Shown here piece by piece: positions 35,409 to 45,051 of a stretch of 64,000 bases of DNA. How positions within the stretch are numbered: the stretch's first letter is position 1; each line of letters begins with the position of its first letter. A model generated the notes under the pieces. It did not search any database and was not told the origin of the DNA. It was given only the letters and a program-made list of their open reading frames with translations. This DNA is from a virus: IMG/VR virus record IMGVR_UViG_3300011398_000004, positions 9,055 to 73,054 of that record; one strand, written 5' to 3'. The translations under genes and the position numbers were made by a program.

Positions 35409-36130
35409 TGGCTAATTTAAATCCAGGAATTGGTATAGATTCAAAAGTTAGACCGGTTGTTGACCCAACAGCTAATGTTATTGCTTTAGTTGAGGCTAAT
35501 GTTAAATCTGCTTCTATGCTACGAGAAGCAGATATTAAATTTAATGATAAAGTAGCTGAACATATGAGAGAACTCGGGGCTCTTCGCTCCGAACACGCTA
35601 ATGAAACACGCGCTTATGATAGTGACCGTTATGATAAAATTCGCTCCGTTGATATGGCTAATGCAGCAGCGACGGCACAACAAATTCTTCAAGCAGTAAA
35701 TACGAATGCTAATAATCAAGAACGTACAGCACAGACACTTCGTGATCAAGTTGCATCTACAGCCGCTGCCGCAGAGAATCGACAAGCATCATTCGCGTCT
35801 GAAATTATGAAACGATTATCAGCCGTAGAATTATCTATGTCGGAAGGTAAAGGAAAACAAACAGTAGTTGATCCACAGATGGAACGATTATCAAATTTGG
35901 TTGAGAGTTTAGCTAGAAGTAGATCTACCGATACAGGTAATAGCCAAGGTGCTGGTGATACTATTAAATGGATTGCATTAGCTATCACAATGATTGTTGG
36001 GCTAATTGCAATTAATTCATATATGTCGAGACAACAGAACATTGCTGCACTTGCACCTCAGGTGATTTATGTACCTGCTCCTCCAAATACTATGTTACCA
36101 TCAACACCGCCCGGGACAATTCCGAGATAG
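35408..36130 (+). CDS. coiled-coil protein with C-terminal TM helix
   Basis: C-terminal hydrophobic ALAITMIVGLIAINSY. Confidence 0.4.
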   Translation: MANLNPGIGIDSKVRPVVDPTANVIALVEANVKSASMLREADIKFNDKVAEHMRELGALRSEHANETRAYDSDRYDKIRSVDMANAAATAQQILQAVNTNANNQERTAQTLRDQVASTAAAAENRQASFASEIMKRLSAVELSMSEGKGKQTVVDPQMERLSNLVESLARSRSTDTGNSQGAGDTIKWIALAITMIVGLIAINSYMSRQQNIAALAPQVIYVPAPPNTMLPSTPPGTIPR

Positions 36131-36132
36131 AT

Positions 36133-36423
36133 ATGATGAAAGAATTCGCATTTCTTAAAGCTACTCGATTTTGGGCACTCGTAATTGGAGCTGTATCTGC
36201 TTATCTTAAAATAAAAGGATATATTGGTGAAGCAGAATTAACATTAATCGGGATTATTACTGGAGGATTTATTACAGTTCGCACAGTAGATCGTGCTACA
36301 GAACAGAAAATTTTAGCAGAAGGTGTAGCTGCTGGACAAGTTAATGTTTCAACTCTTCTAGAAGTTCCACCTTCTAAAGTAGATAATTTAGGTGGTGGGC
36401 CAATAGAAGAAAAGAAGAAATAA
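36133..36423 (+). CDS. small membrane protein
   Basis: Two hydrophobic segments. Confidence 0.4.
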   Translation: MMKEFAFLKATRFWALVIGAVSAYLKIKGYIGEAELTLIGIITGGFITVRTVDRATEQKILAEGVAAGQVNVSTLLEVPPSKVDNLGGGPIEEKKK

Positions 36424-36424
36424 T

Positions 36425-36706
36425 ATGTTGAGAATATTAATTCTATTCATTTTCATATTAGTTAGCATTGCTACACCGACAGGACAATTTTCAACTCCTC
36501 CGGGACAGAGAATTCTTGCAAAAACTGGTCTAAGTGAATTTATTATAATTGAATATAACGCATTCGAAAATAAAATTAGACTTAGTTCTAAAGTAGATTT
36601 TGCCGATGTAAAGATTACATTTGAGGATATATCAGATCAAACTGTGACGGTTAAAGAATTGAGACAGTGGGTAAAAGCTCAGTATAAACCAGGACCAATA
36701 AAATGA
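36425..36706 (+). CDS. hypothetical protein with N-terminal TM or signal segment
   Basis: ORF track. Confidence 0.4.
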   Translation: MLRILILFIFILVSIATPTGQFSTPPGQRILAKTGLSEFIIIEYNAFENKIRLSSKVDFADVKITFEDISDQTVTVKELRQWVKAQYKPGPIK

Positions 36707-36846
36707 GTCTATTACTTATCATCCTTATTCTTCTCCTATTATTCGGTGGCGGAGGATTCTATCTACAAGGACCTGCTGTCGGTGGTGGAATAGTAGGAGT
36801 TATCCTTGTAATTCTTGTAGTTCTTCTCCTATTAGGAAAGTTATGA
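36703..36846 (+). CDS. 47-aa double-TM hydrophobic peptide (holin-like or small membrane protein)
   Basis: Hand-translated MSLLLIILILLLLFGGGGFYLQGPAVGGGIVGVILVILVVLLLLGKL; ATGA overlaps on both sides. Confidence 0.3.
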   Translation: MSLLLIILILLLLFGGGGFYLQGPAVGGGIVGVILVILVVLLLLGKL

Positions 36847-37244
36847 TATTCGAGGTTCGAGGCGCAGCAGAAATTAATCGTCGTTTATTAAATCTCATTA
36901 GAGCATTACCACATGAGATTAATACAGCTATGATTGAAGAAGCTGACGAAATTCTAGAAGAGGCTAAAGCTGATTGTCCATGGAAAACAACTGATTTAAG
37001 AGATTCAGGGAAAAGACATGATCCAGAAAATGAAGGATTCAGTACAGCCGTAAAAATTACATTTGGAACTCCTGATCCATATTATGCGATATATGTTCAT
37101 GAAGATTTAAATGCACGACATGAGCCTCCTTATGGTAATGGAGGACATGCTAAATTCTTAGAAACAGCCGTTAATAATGCTAAACCAGGATTATCTATTA
37201 GGATAGGAAAAAGAATTCAAATAAATAGAATAATGATGTCATGA
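36843..37244 (+). CDS. tail/neck morphogenesis protein (candidate)
   Basis: Called from position only. Confidence 0.4.
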   Translation: MIFEVRGAAEINRRLLNLIRALPHEINTAMIEEADEILEEAKADCPWKTTDLRDSGKRHDPENEGFSTAVKITFGTPDPYYAIYVHEDLNARHEPPYGNGGHAKFLETAVNNAKPGLSIRIGKRIQINRIMMS

Positions 37245-37642
37245 GTGTTTTAACTGATCTAAAGACTAAATTAGATGCATTGGGTTCTTTAGGAACTATA
37301 AAAATTGCTTTTATGGGAGCTAGCCCTGATGTATTAGGTGTTCTTCAGGAATACGGTGGTCAAAAACCAGAACGTCGTTTTGGAGTTGTAGGTATAGGAT
37401 ATTATAGACCAGCAATACAATTGAGTTTTCGAGGAGCTCCTTATGACTTTAATGGACCATATGCTAAGGCTGGATTAGCTTTACAGTATCTAGCATCTGT
37501 TCCACCGGGACCTCTAGGTGATGGAGTTGATACAGTTTATTTACAAATTGATCCACAACAAAGTCCACATCCTGTAGCGTCGATAGATGCGAATAATCGT
37601 CATTACATAGGTGTAAATTTTTACATTTTTAAAGAGCCATAA
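37241..37642 (+). CDS. tail completion protein (candidate)
   Basis: Called from position only. Confidence 0.4.
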   Translation: MSVLTDLKTKLDALGSLGTIKIAFMGASPDVLGVLQEYGGQKPERRFGVVGIGYYRPAIQLSFRGAPYDFNGPYAKAGLALQYLASVPPGPLGDGVDTVYLQIDPQQSPHPVASIDANNRHYIGVNFYIFKEP

Positions 37643-37833
37643 TGAATACTATAGAGATTTTAGACTCAAATGGAAATCCTGTTAGGTCACAAAGATTTGA
37701 GCCGTGTCCTAAATGTGGGCGTTTACCAAAGGATCGTGTTCCTTCAGCAGGATTTGGTTCTGATATTTATATGATTTGCCCATGTGGAAATGAATTCAAT
37801 AAGGAAATCAAATGGGAAAAACCTACACAGTAG
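37642..37833 (+). CDS. small zinc-ribbon protein
   Basis: CPKCG...CPCG. Confidence 0.35.
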   Translation: MNTIEILDSNGNPVRSQRFEPCPKCGRLPKDRVPSAGFGSDIYMICPCGNEFNKEIKWEKPTQ

Positions 37834-38099
37834 CTCCAGGTTGTGAATTTGATTATCCTGTTGATCCTGAAAGTCTTAGGATAATTACTACGGCTGGTGG
37901 TCGTTCTAAGTTAACGGATGATCAGAAAGAGATAGTAAAATACAAAACTGTCAAAGAAGGTGAAGATTGTAGTGATATGCCTTCATCTTCCCTCGAACTA
38001 TATTTAAGTCGAGGATGGATAATTGATCCTGATGCTCCTGTCGAGGGGACTAAGGGAGAAGACGATATCGATGAGGTTCAATTTGAGAAGGATATCTAA
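37812..38099 (+). CDS. small acidic protein
   Basis: ORF track. Confidence 0.35.
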   Translation: MGKTYTVAPGCEFDYPVDPESLRIITTAGGRSKLTDDQKEIVKYKTVKEGEDCSDMPSSSLELYLSRGWIIDPDAPVEGTKGEDDIDEVQFEKDI

Positions 38100-39064
38100 T
38101 GGCTAAATATGGCGGCGGAAGTTTCGCTCTTTTCTTAGTTGATGGATATAATCTTCTTGCGTCTTTATCCGAATCAGCTACGATTAGCAAAGAATCTATT
38201 ACTCAACAGACTAATCCATTTAGAGCTTCTTCAGAGGAACATACCCCTGTTGGATTGACTAAGGGGATGTTATCTGTTGGTAGTGGATTTTTCGATACTG
38301 TTACTGATCCGTTACATTCTGCTCTTGCATCTATTTCTCATGTTTCACGAATTGTAGTTGCTGGTATTGAAGGTAACATTATCGGTAAACATTATGTAGG
38401 ATTTGAAGGTGTATACGATCAGAAATACGAAGTTCAGGATGTTCGAGATGGATTAACTAAAGCTAATGTCACTTATCAGGTAACTGGTGACGCTGATGAT
38501 GGTGTGATAGTTCAAAATCTTGCACCATTTACGGCAGACCTAGTTCCACCTACTGGAGATACTCCTGTAGACTATACTCTAGATGTGGATAATACATCTA
38601 TTGTTATTGTCTCGAATACATTAGCTAATCCATCTGTTGTAACTACGGCTACACCACATAGATTAGTAACTGGACAAACAGTTTTCATCGCAGGAGTTAT
38701 TACATCAAATCCGACGATTAATGGTGAGAGAGTTGTTACAGTTATCTCACCGACTACATTTTCAGTCCCAGTTAATGTAACTACGGCAGGAACTGGAGGA
38801 ACAATTGTAAGATCTAATTCCAGTAATGGTGGAGTTGGTTATCTTCAGGTTACTGCCTTCTCTGGTTTTACTGGAGTTATCCATAAGATAATGCATAGTC
38901 CTGATGATGTTACCTATGCTGCTTTGGTCATCTTTACAAATGTGACTGCAATCGGTCGACAACGTATTGAAGTTGCTGGAAATGTAGATCGTTATCTTTC
39001 TTCAAGTATTGACGTCACTGGAGCTGGCAGCATAACTCCATTCATGGGATTTTCTCGTTACTAA
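38099..39064 (+). CDS. major tail (tube) protein with C-terminal Ig-like domain
   Basis: 321 aa, upstream of the chaperone and tape-measure genes. Its C-terminal ~65-aa domain (NPSVVTTATPHRLVTGQTVFIAGVITSNPTINGERVVTVISPTTFSVPVNVTTAGTGG) is shared with 47772..49820. Confidence 0.5.
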   Translation: MAKYGGGSFALFLVDGYNLLASLSESATISKESITQQTNPFRASSEEHTPVGLTKGMLSVGSGFFDTVTDPLHSALASISHVSRIVVAGIEGNIIGKHYVGFEGVYDQKYEVQDVRDGLTKANVTYQVTGDADDGVIVQNLAPFTADLVPPTGDTPVDYTLDVDNTSIVIVSNTLANPSVVTTATPHRLVTGQTVFIAGVITSNPTINGERVVTVISPTTFSVPVNVTTAGTGGTIVRSNSSNGGVGYLQVTAFSGFTGVIHKIMHSPDDVTYAALVIFTNVTAIGRQRIEVAGNVDRYLSSSIDVTGAGSITPFMGFSRY

Positions 39065-39077
39065 TTAGGGAGACACA

Positions 39078-39518
39078 ATGGCTAAGCATGGACAAAATGA
39101 AGTTCAAATCACAATCGATGATGCTCCAGGTGGAACTCCTCGAATTATCACACCTTATGTTTCGACAATTGGTGGGGTAGGACTTGAGTCTATTACTCAA
39201 CAGACTAATCCATTCGGGGCCTCCTCGGAAGAGCATACTCCTGTTGGATTGGATAAGACTCCAGATATCGCCATTGGCGGCTTCCTCGATGACACGGCTC
39301 TTGTCGGTCCTAAGGTTGTTTTCTTTACTGCGGCTACTTGGGTTCTCGATAAAGCATCAGGCAGCGTTGGTCGTGTTCTTGTTATTTTAGCTGCAACTGG
39401 CATGACTTTTACCGTTACTGTTCATCTCATCAAAGCCGAACTTGGACTTAAGCGAGATGGAATGACTGAATATACGGCAACTGTCAGGCAAAAAACTGCT
39501 GGAGTCTGGTCGTTCTAA
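39078..39518 (+). CDS. tail tube paralog or minor tail protein
   Basis: Shares the 22-aa motif ESITQQTNPFxASSEEHTPVGL with 38099..39064, reflecting a ~65-nt duplicated DNA segment at 38197 and 39190. Confidence 0.4.
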   Translation: MAKHGQNEVQITIDDAPGGTPRIITPYVSTIGGVGLESITQQTNPFGASSEEHTPVGLDKTPDIAIGGFLDDTALVGPKVVFFTAATWVLDKASGSVGRVLVILAATGMTFTVTVHLIKAELGLKRDGMTEYTATVRQKTAGVWSF

Positions 39519-39732
39519 TAGTATGTCCTACCGCGCACGGCTATGTTATAGCGTGGCGGTAGGATGCCATTTAGATGGCCTTTTTAGCCTGCTGGTAAGG
39601 TTTTGATAGCTATGGGCGGCGTAGGTAAGGGTAAGTAAATAGAAGCCTTAAAACGGCTTATACGGGGTTTAGAATAGTCAAGATAGGAGTAGATAGGATC
39701 AACCTATCACTCTTCGGTTAGAGGTTACGTAA

Positions 39733-40167
39733 ATGGCTCAAGTTACTAATATCACTAAAACTATTGATATTCCAGGAGAAACAGAGAAAGTAGTCATTCG
39801 AAAATTAAATCATACACAGCTCAAACAGGCTGCAAAGGCCAAACAGAGTGAAGGTGTAGGATTTATGCGTGAGATGGGTGGGGAACTTCTTAAGGCATTA
39901 CGAGATGCCTCTTCTGCTGAAGATACCGCCGAAAAGATTAAGAAATTACAGGCTGCTCAAGAAGCAGAAGTAAGTAATTACGATCGTGATACTCTCCTTC
40001 GTTGTGGTGTAGTCTCTTGGACTTATCCTATTCCTCCTATTAGTATCGAAAAAAGTGGAGTTAGCAATGGTCTCGATGAACTCGATGAACCTACTGCTAA
40101 ATTCATTGCCGAAGAAATATTTAAATACAGTCGTCCTGAAACTAAGGAAGAAGCAAAAAACGTCTAA
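39733..40167 (+). CDS. tail assembly chaperone (candidate)
   Basis: Position upstream of tape measure; acidic. Confidence 0.4.
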   Translation: MAQVTNITKTIDIPGETEKVVIRKLNHTQLKQAAKAKQSEGVGFMREMGGELLKALRDASSAEDTAEKIKKLQAAQEAEVSNYDRDTLLRCGVVSWTYPIPPISIEKSGVSNGLDELDEPTAKFIAEEIFKYSRPETKEEAKNV

Positions 40168-40235
40168 GGCGCTATCATCTTTTTCTAGATGATCCAGAAA
40201 ATGAGGAAGCGCCTGATGAATGGATTATCAGCCGG

Positions 40236-40472
40236 GTGTGCGAAGAATTTCATTGCCTCCCGGCTGAGGCCATTGAAGCTATTGAAAATGATATAGATGG
40301 GATGTTATTCAAAATATTAGATGTTAGAATATATTCACAAGCGAAACACATTTATGATACAACTCCAATGGATAAACGTCCTAAGACAACGGCTATAAAT
40401 AAAGTTAGTGAAATCACAATGGGATTAGCAAGAGAGAGAATAGAAAAATTTAAGAAGAACAATAATGTTTAG
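40236..40472 (+). CDS. tail assembly chaperone, second component (candidate)
   Basis: Position; overlaps the tape-measure start. Confidence 0.35.
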   Translation: MCEEFHCLPAEAIEAIENDIDGMLFKILDVRIYSQAKHIYDTTPMDKRPKTTAINKVSEITMGLARERIEKFKKNNNV

Positions 40473-43400
40473 TCTTGGAGATCTTTTAATATTTTTGAGG
40501 CTAGAGGATCTAGCTAGTCCTGCTTTAAGAACAGTAGGATACGAAGCTACTTTGCTCGGACGTGGTATGCGCGAAGCCGGCGCGATTATGACTGCCGGGC
40601 TTACTCTTCCTATTGTTGGATTAGCTGGTGCTTCTATAAAAGCAGCAGCAGATTTTGAATCTTCATTTGCAGGTGTTCGTAAGACAGTAGAAGCTACAGA
40701 ACCAGAATTTTTACAACTCTCTGAAGCATTTCGTCAATTAGCTTTAGAGATTCCTGTAAGTGTAAATGAAATTAATAGAGTTGCGGAAGCTGGAGGTCAA
40801 TTAGGTGTTGCTAAACAAGATTTATTAGAATTCACGAAGACGATGGTTGCTATGGGAGTAACCACTAATCTTTCATCTGATGAAGCTGCTACAGGATTAG
40901 CGAAATTTGCGAATATCATTAAGAATGAAGCAGGTCCACAATTTGATCGATTAGGTGCTACTGTTGTAGAATTAGGTAATAAATCAGCAGCAACAGAATC
41001 TGAGATTTTAAATTTCGGTTTACGTCTTGCCGGTGCTGGTAAATTAGTAGGAATGACCGAAGGAGAAATTTTAGGTTTAGGAACAGCATTAGCATCTTTA
41101 GGTCTTCGTTCTGAATCTGGAGGAACAGCCTTCTCTAAAGTTATGATGAATATGTCAAAAGCTGTTTCTATGGGAGGGAAAGAATTAGAAGAATTTGCTA
41201 AAGTTTCTGGGATGTCGGTAGAACAATTTAAGAAAGCATTTCAAACTGATGCTGCTGGAGCTATAGCTTCATTCGTAGAAGGTTTAGGACAAGTTAAAGC
41301 GGCTGGTGGAAATCTATTTATAACTCTTGAAGATCTTAATGTGAATGAAGTTCGTTTAAGGGATAATCTTTTACGAACTGCTGGCGCGGGTAATATGGTT
41401 CGGGATATGATGAATTTGGGTAATAAGGCCCATGAAGAAAATATTGCATTAATAAATGAAGCACAAAAAAGATATGCTACATATGATTCTCAGATGAAGA
41501 TATTTAGTAATACTATAGAAGATGTTAAGATTACATTAGGAAATGCCTTATTACCGATGATCTTATCTGTGATAAATACTTTCTCTGGGCCTTTTATTGG
41601 AACTATAAGATTTCTAGCTCAAGCATTCTTAGATTCTAATATTGTCATTAAAACTTTTATCGTGACTGTATTAGGTGTCATTGCCATCGCTGGTCCAGTA
41701 TTGATATTTTTTGGTCAGTTATTGATGTCTATCGGTAATATATCTAGAGCATGGCCGTTATTAACGGGGAATTTGTTAGCAGGCTCTGCGGCTATGGCCG
41801 CGAATACTGCTGCTGTCACAGCGAATACTGCTGCACTCGCAGCTCAAAGTGCAGCATGGGGAACTCTTGCAACGACAGCAACTGTTGCAACTCCTCCAGT
41901 CGTAACATTTGGAGCAGCTTTATGGGCTGCTGCTGGACCGATTGCATTAGTTCTTGGATTACTCGCTGCTATAACTCTTGCTGTAAGGGCTATGGGATTT
42001 GAATGGTCAACAGCTCTTACACTGACTTTCCCTCCTCTCGGAATGGCGATGAAAGCATGGGATAATGTAAAAGATGCTCTTGAACGTATTAAGCCATATT
42101 GGGATTCTACATACCAAGTATTACAGCAGTTATCAGAACTTCTTAATAATACTGTCGTAGTCTCTGTAAATTTTCTTAAGGATGCTTTCTTATATTTAAC
42201 TAATGAAGTTATAAAATTCTATCCTCCTTTTTCCGCTGCTAAACTGATATTTATGGCTATGAATACAGTCTGGGATGATATGAATGGTAGATTAACAACT
42301 TTAAAATCTAAATGGAAAGAAGTATCTGAAGCGATTCTTAATTCTATCCCGATGTATAGAGATTTTGTATTCATATCTCTTATTGCTCAATATGGTTTGA
42401 AAGAAGCTAAAAATAGATTAGATGAATTATCTAGTTCGATGAAAGAAAATGCTGATCGAGTGAGAGGACAAATATCTGGAACTACGCAGTTAAGTTCAGG
42501 ATGGGAAGCTTATCGAAAGAGTATAAATGATACGAATATTGGTGTAATGGAAGCTGCTGTGTTAAGTCGTAATTTACAAGATAGAATAGATGGTATGACT
42601 AGGGCACAGAAGGATGCCATTGAAGCTGGAAAAGGAAGACAATATAACGATAAACAAATTCTTACAGGATTAGAAGAATTAAATTTAGCTGAAGGCGTTA
42701 CTGTAGAAATGATTAATTTGTATCTGAAGCAGACCAACGCTGCTACCAAAGAAACAAAAGATCATGAAACTGCACTTCAAAAAGCTCATAAGATTTTAAC
42801 TGAATGGAATTTGATGATCGATAAAACTAATTTCAATTTACAGAAAGGAGGAAATAATCTTAGTGATTTTACTGCGGCTATCAAGAAATTTACTGATGTA
42901 GCGGATGCAGCGATTATTAAGAATGCTCTAATAATAAAGAGTATTCAATTAGATATAGATAAAACAGTACGTGAACGGACAATGACTACTTATGAACTTA
43001 GAATTGATGCTGCTAAAAGATTAGCTGCAGAAGAAAGACGTGGTATTGACTTCTCTAAAGATAGTGCTATGCAAGCCGGTATACTCGCTGATAAAAGATT
43101 AAACGATACAATAAGAGTAATATTAGCTGAAGAAAAATTAAATGATACTGTAGAAAATGCTCAAAGGATTTACGATAATGCAATAGAAAAAGCAAAAAGA
43201 TTAGCTGCAGAAAGAGAAGCATTTGCCGGGAGTTTAGGATCACTTAGTAATGCATTCACACAACTCTCACAAATCGTGGGAGAAAATGCTAATGGATTTT
43301 TTAAATGGGGAGCAACAGCCGCAGGAGCAGCGAATTTAGGCGCTAACGCAGGTATTCAGATGGCAGTAGGTTTTGATTTAGTAGCAAAAGGTGGAAAAAA

Positions 43401-45051
43401 TGCTGCTGCTGGAATGATTTCCTTAGCTGCTGGAGCTATGGCTGCTGCCTCTGCATTGATGGCAGCTACTCAATCTGCTAATGCTGCTGAAAATGCTATT
43501 AGTGGAGCGATGACTGGCGCTGCAATAGGTCAATCGATTTTTCCAGGATATGGAGCTGCTGTAGGTGCTGTAGTCGGTGCTATTGTAGGATGGGCAAGAG
43601 CTGCTGGAAATGCTCGTAGAGAAGCTGAAGCATGGACTAAAGAAGTTGAGAAGAATAAAGTAGCACTCGATAAAGAATGGGGTGGTCTCGATAATCTTCA
43701 AAAGAAGATTGATGCGATAATCCCCGGTTTTATATTATTCATGGATGTAACTAAAAAAGGAATGGAAACACAAGGAAAGTTCATAGAATATGTAGTAGAA
43801 CAATATAAGAAGATACAAGCAGCAGCTGATGATATGACTAATGGATTTAAAGCTGTTATGGATTTCTTTTCAATTGGATGGGCTAAAATCGGAAAAGATG
43901 TAGAAGACGCAACAAAAGCAGTTAATGATGCGAAGATAGAATATTATAATCTAGGACTTACTGGTAAAGCTACAACTAGTCAACTAGAAGAAGCTGCGAA
44001 GAAGCTTAAGGAAGCTCAAGATAAATTAACTCTAGCTTTACAATATCAATTTAGTGCCGGTGAAAAAGCTAAACAAAAATTAGCAGATTTAGGATATCAG
44101 GCTATTATCACATTCGAAGCTGCTATGGTCGCAACTGGTAATTACAGTAAAGCATTAGCAGCCGCCGCTCCTGGTCTAGCCCTCCTTGAAAAAGCATATC
44201 GAGATCTTGGTTTAGAAGTAGAGAATGTAGCTCTCAAACATTTACTCATTGCAGGAGCAATATTAGAAAAGAATCCAGAATTAATGGCTGCAATTGATGG
44301 ACATGCAGCTTCATTAAGAGCTATGGGTAGATTGGGTCTTGGTAATGCTGAATCATTCGCAGCGATGCAGCGAACAGGAACCGAGATGTATGTAAGATTA
44401 CAAAGAGAAGTAGAAATTTTAGGAGGAGATACTCGTGATGCTCTTCTGCCAATGCAAGGATATTTACATGCTGCTGAGGCAGAAGCCAGACGTCTCGGTA
44501 TTCCATTAGATGCAAATACTCAAAGTATGATAGATCAAAGTGTACAATTAGGGATATGGGAAGTAGATGGGATGTCAGCAACTGATAAACTCATTGCTGG
44601 AATAGAATCTCTTGTAGGGAAAATGGATATTCTTATATCAAGGATATTAGGAATTCCTGATGGAGAGTATAATATATTTGAATATTTTCAAAGAGTGAAT
44701 TTACCACCTGTAGGTCCTGGCGGCGGAGGCGGTGGAGGTGGAGGCGGCGGAGGTGATAATGGAGGCGGAGGCGGAGATGGGAGTGGTGGTGGGGATGGAA
44801 ACGGAGATGCTGCTCGTTTTGGAGGAGATGTTGCTCGAGGATCATTTTTCCGTAATTTTGGTAGTGGATTAACATCTTCTCTTCAAACTACTGAAGTAAA
44901 TTTTCAAAGTAATAGAAATAGTTCATCGACTCAACTTGGGTCTAGTAATAATGATGGTGATATATTAAAACGTCTTATTAAGGATCTTCCTAGAGCAATG
45001 AAGATTGCGGTATCAGATGCGATGGTATTACGTGGAGTTAATAAAAAATAA
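40465..45051 (+). CDS. tail tape measure protein
   Basis: 1528 aa, with an N-terminal phage tail tape-measure domain signature (AGGQLGVAKQDLLEFTKTMVAMGV), TM helices, long coiled coils, and a poly-Gly tract GGGGGGGGGGGGDNGGGGGDGSGGGDGNGD. Confidence 0.8.
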   Translation: MFSLGDLLIFLRLEDLASPALRTVGYEATLLGRGMREAGAIMTAGLTLPIVGLAGASIKAAADFESSFAGVRKTVEATEPEFLQLSEAFRQLALEIPVSVNEINRVAEAGGQLGVAKQDLLEFTKTMVAMGVTTNLSSDEAATGLAKFANIIKNEAGPQFDRLGATVVELGNKSAATESEILNFGLRLAGAGKLVGMTEGEILGLGTALASLGLRSESGGTAFSKVMMNMSKAVSMGGKELEEFAKVSGMSVEQFKKAFQTDAAGAIASFVEGLGQVKAAGGNLFITLEDLNVNEVRLRDNLLRTAGAGNMVRDMMNLGNKAHEENIALINEAQKRYATYDSQMKIFSNTIEDVKITLGNALLPMILSVINTFSGPFIGTIRFLAQAFLDSNIVIKTFIVTVLGVIAIAGPVLIFFGQLLMSIGNISRAWPLLTGNLLAGSAAMAANTAAVTANTAALAAQSAAWGTLATTATVATPPVVTFGAALWAAAGPIALVLGLLAAITLAVRAMGFEWSTALTLTFPPLGMAMKAWDNVKDALERIKPYWDSTYQVLQQLSELLNNTVVVSVNFLKDAFLYLTNEVIKFYPPFSAAKLIFMAMNTVWDDMNGRLTTLKSKWKEVSEAILNSIPMYRDFVFISLIAQYGLKEAKNRLDELSSSMKENADRVRGQISGTTQLSSGWEAYRKSINDTNIGVMEAAVLSRNLQDRIDGMTRAQKDAIEAGKGRQYNDKQILTGLEELNLAEGVTVEMINLYLKQTNAATKETKDHETALQKAHKILTEWNLMIDKTNFNLQKGGNNLSDFTAAIKKFTDVADAAIIKNALIIKSIQLDIDKTVRERTMTTYELRIDAAKRLAAEERRGIDFSKDSAMQAGILADKRLNDTIRVILAEEKLNDTVENAQRIYDNAIEKAKRLAAEREAFAGSLGSLSNAFTQLSQIVGENANGFFKWGATAAGAANLGANAGIQMAVGFDLVAKGGKNAAAGMISLAAGAMAAASALMAATQSANAAENAISGAMTGAAIGQSIFPGYGAAVGAVVGAIVGWARAAGNARREAEAWTKEVEKNKVALDKEWGGLDNLQKKIDAIIPGFILFMDVTKKGMETQGKFIEYVVEQYKKIQAAADDMTNGFKAVMDFFSIGWAKIGKDVEDATKAVNDAKIEYYNLGLTGKATTSQLEEAAKKLKEAQDKLTLALQYQFSAGEKAKQKLADLGYQAIITFEAAMVATGNYSKALAAAAPGLALLEKAYRDLGLEVENVALKHLLIAGAILEKNPELMAAIDGHAASLRAMGRLGLGNAESFAAMQRTGTEMYVRLQREVEILGGDTRDALLPMQGYLHAAEAEARRLGIPLDANTQSMIDQSVQLGIWEVDGMSATDKLIAGIESLVGKMDILISRILGIPDGEYNIFEYFQRVNLPPVGPGGGGGGGGGGGGDNGGGGGDGSGGGDGNGDAARFGGDVARGSFFRNFGSGLTSSLQTTEVNFQSNRNSSSTQLGSSNNDGDILKRLIKDLPRAMKIAVSDAMVLRGVNKK

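Noticed and set aside
41751-42002. Cys-rich 83-aa ORF, and other small ORFs (42510..42749, 43423..43701, 44321..44581, 44633..44875), inside the tape-measure gene
   Set aside because: They are alternative frames of GCN/GGN-rich tape-measure coding sequence, and embedded in a 4.6-kb gene with a clear continuous frame.
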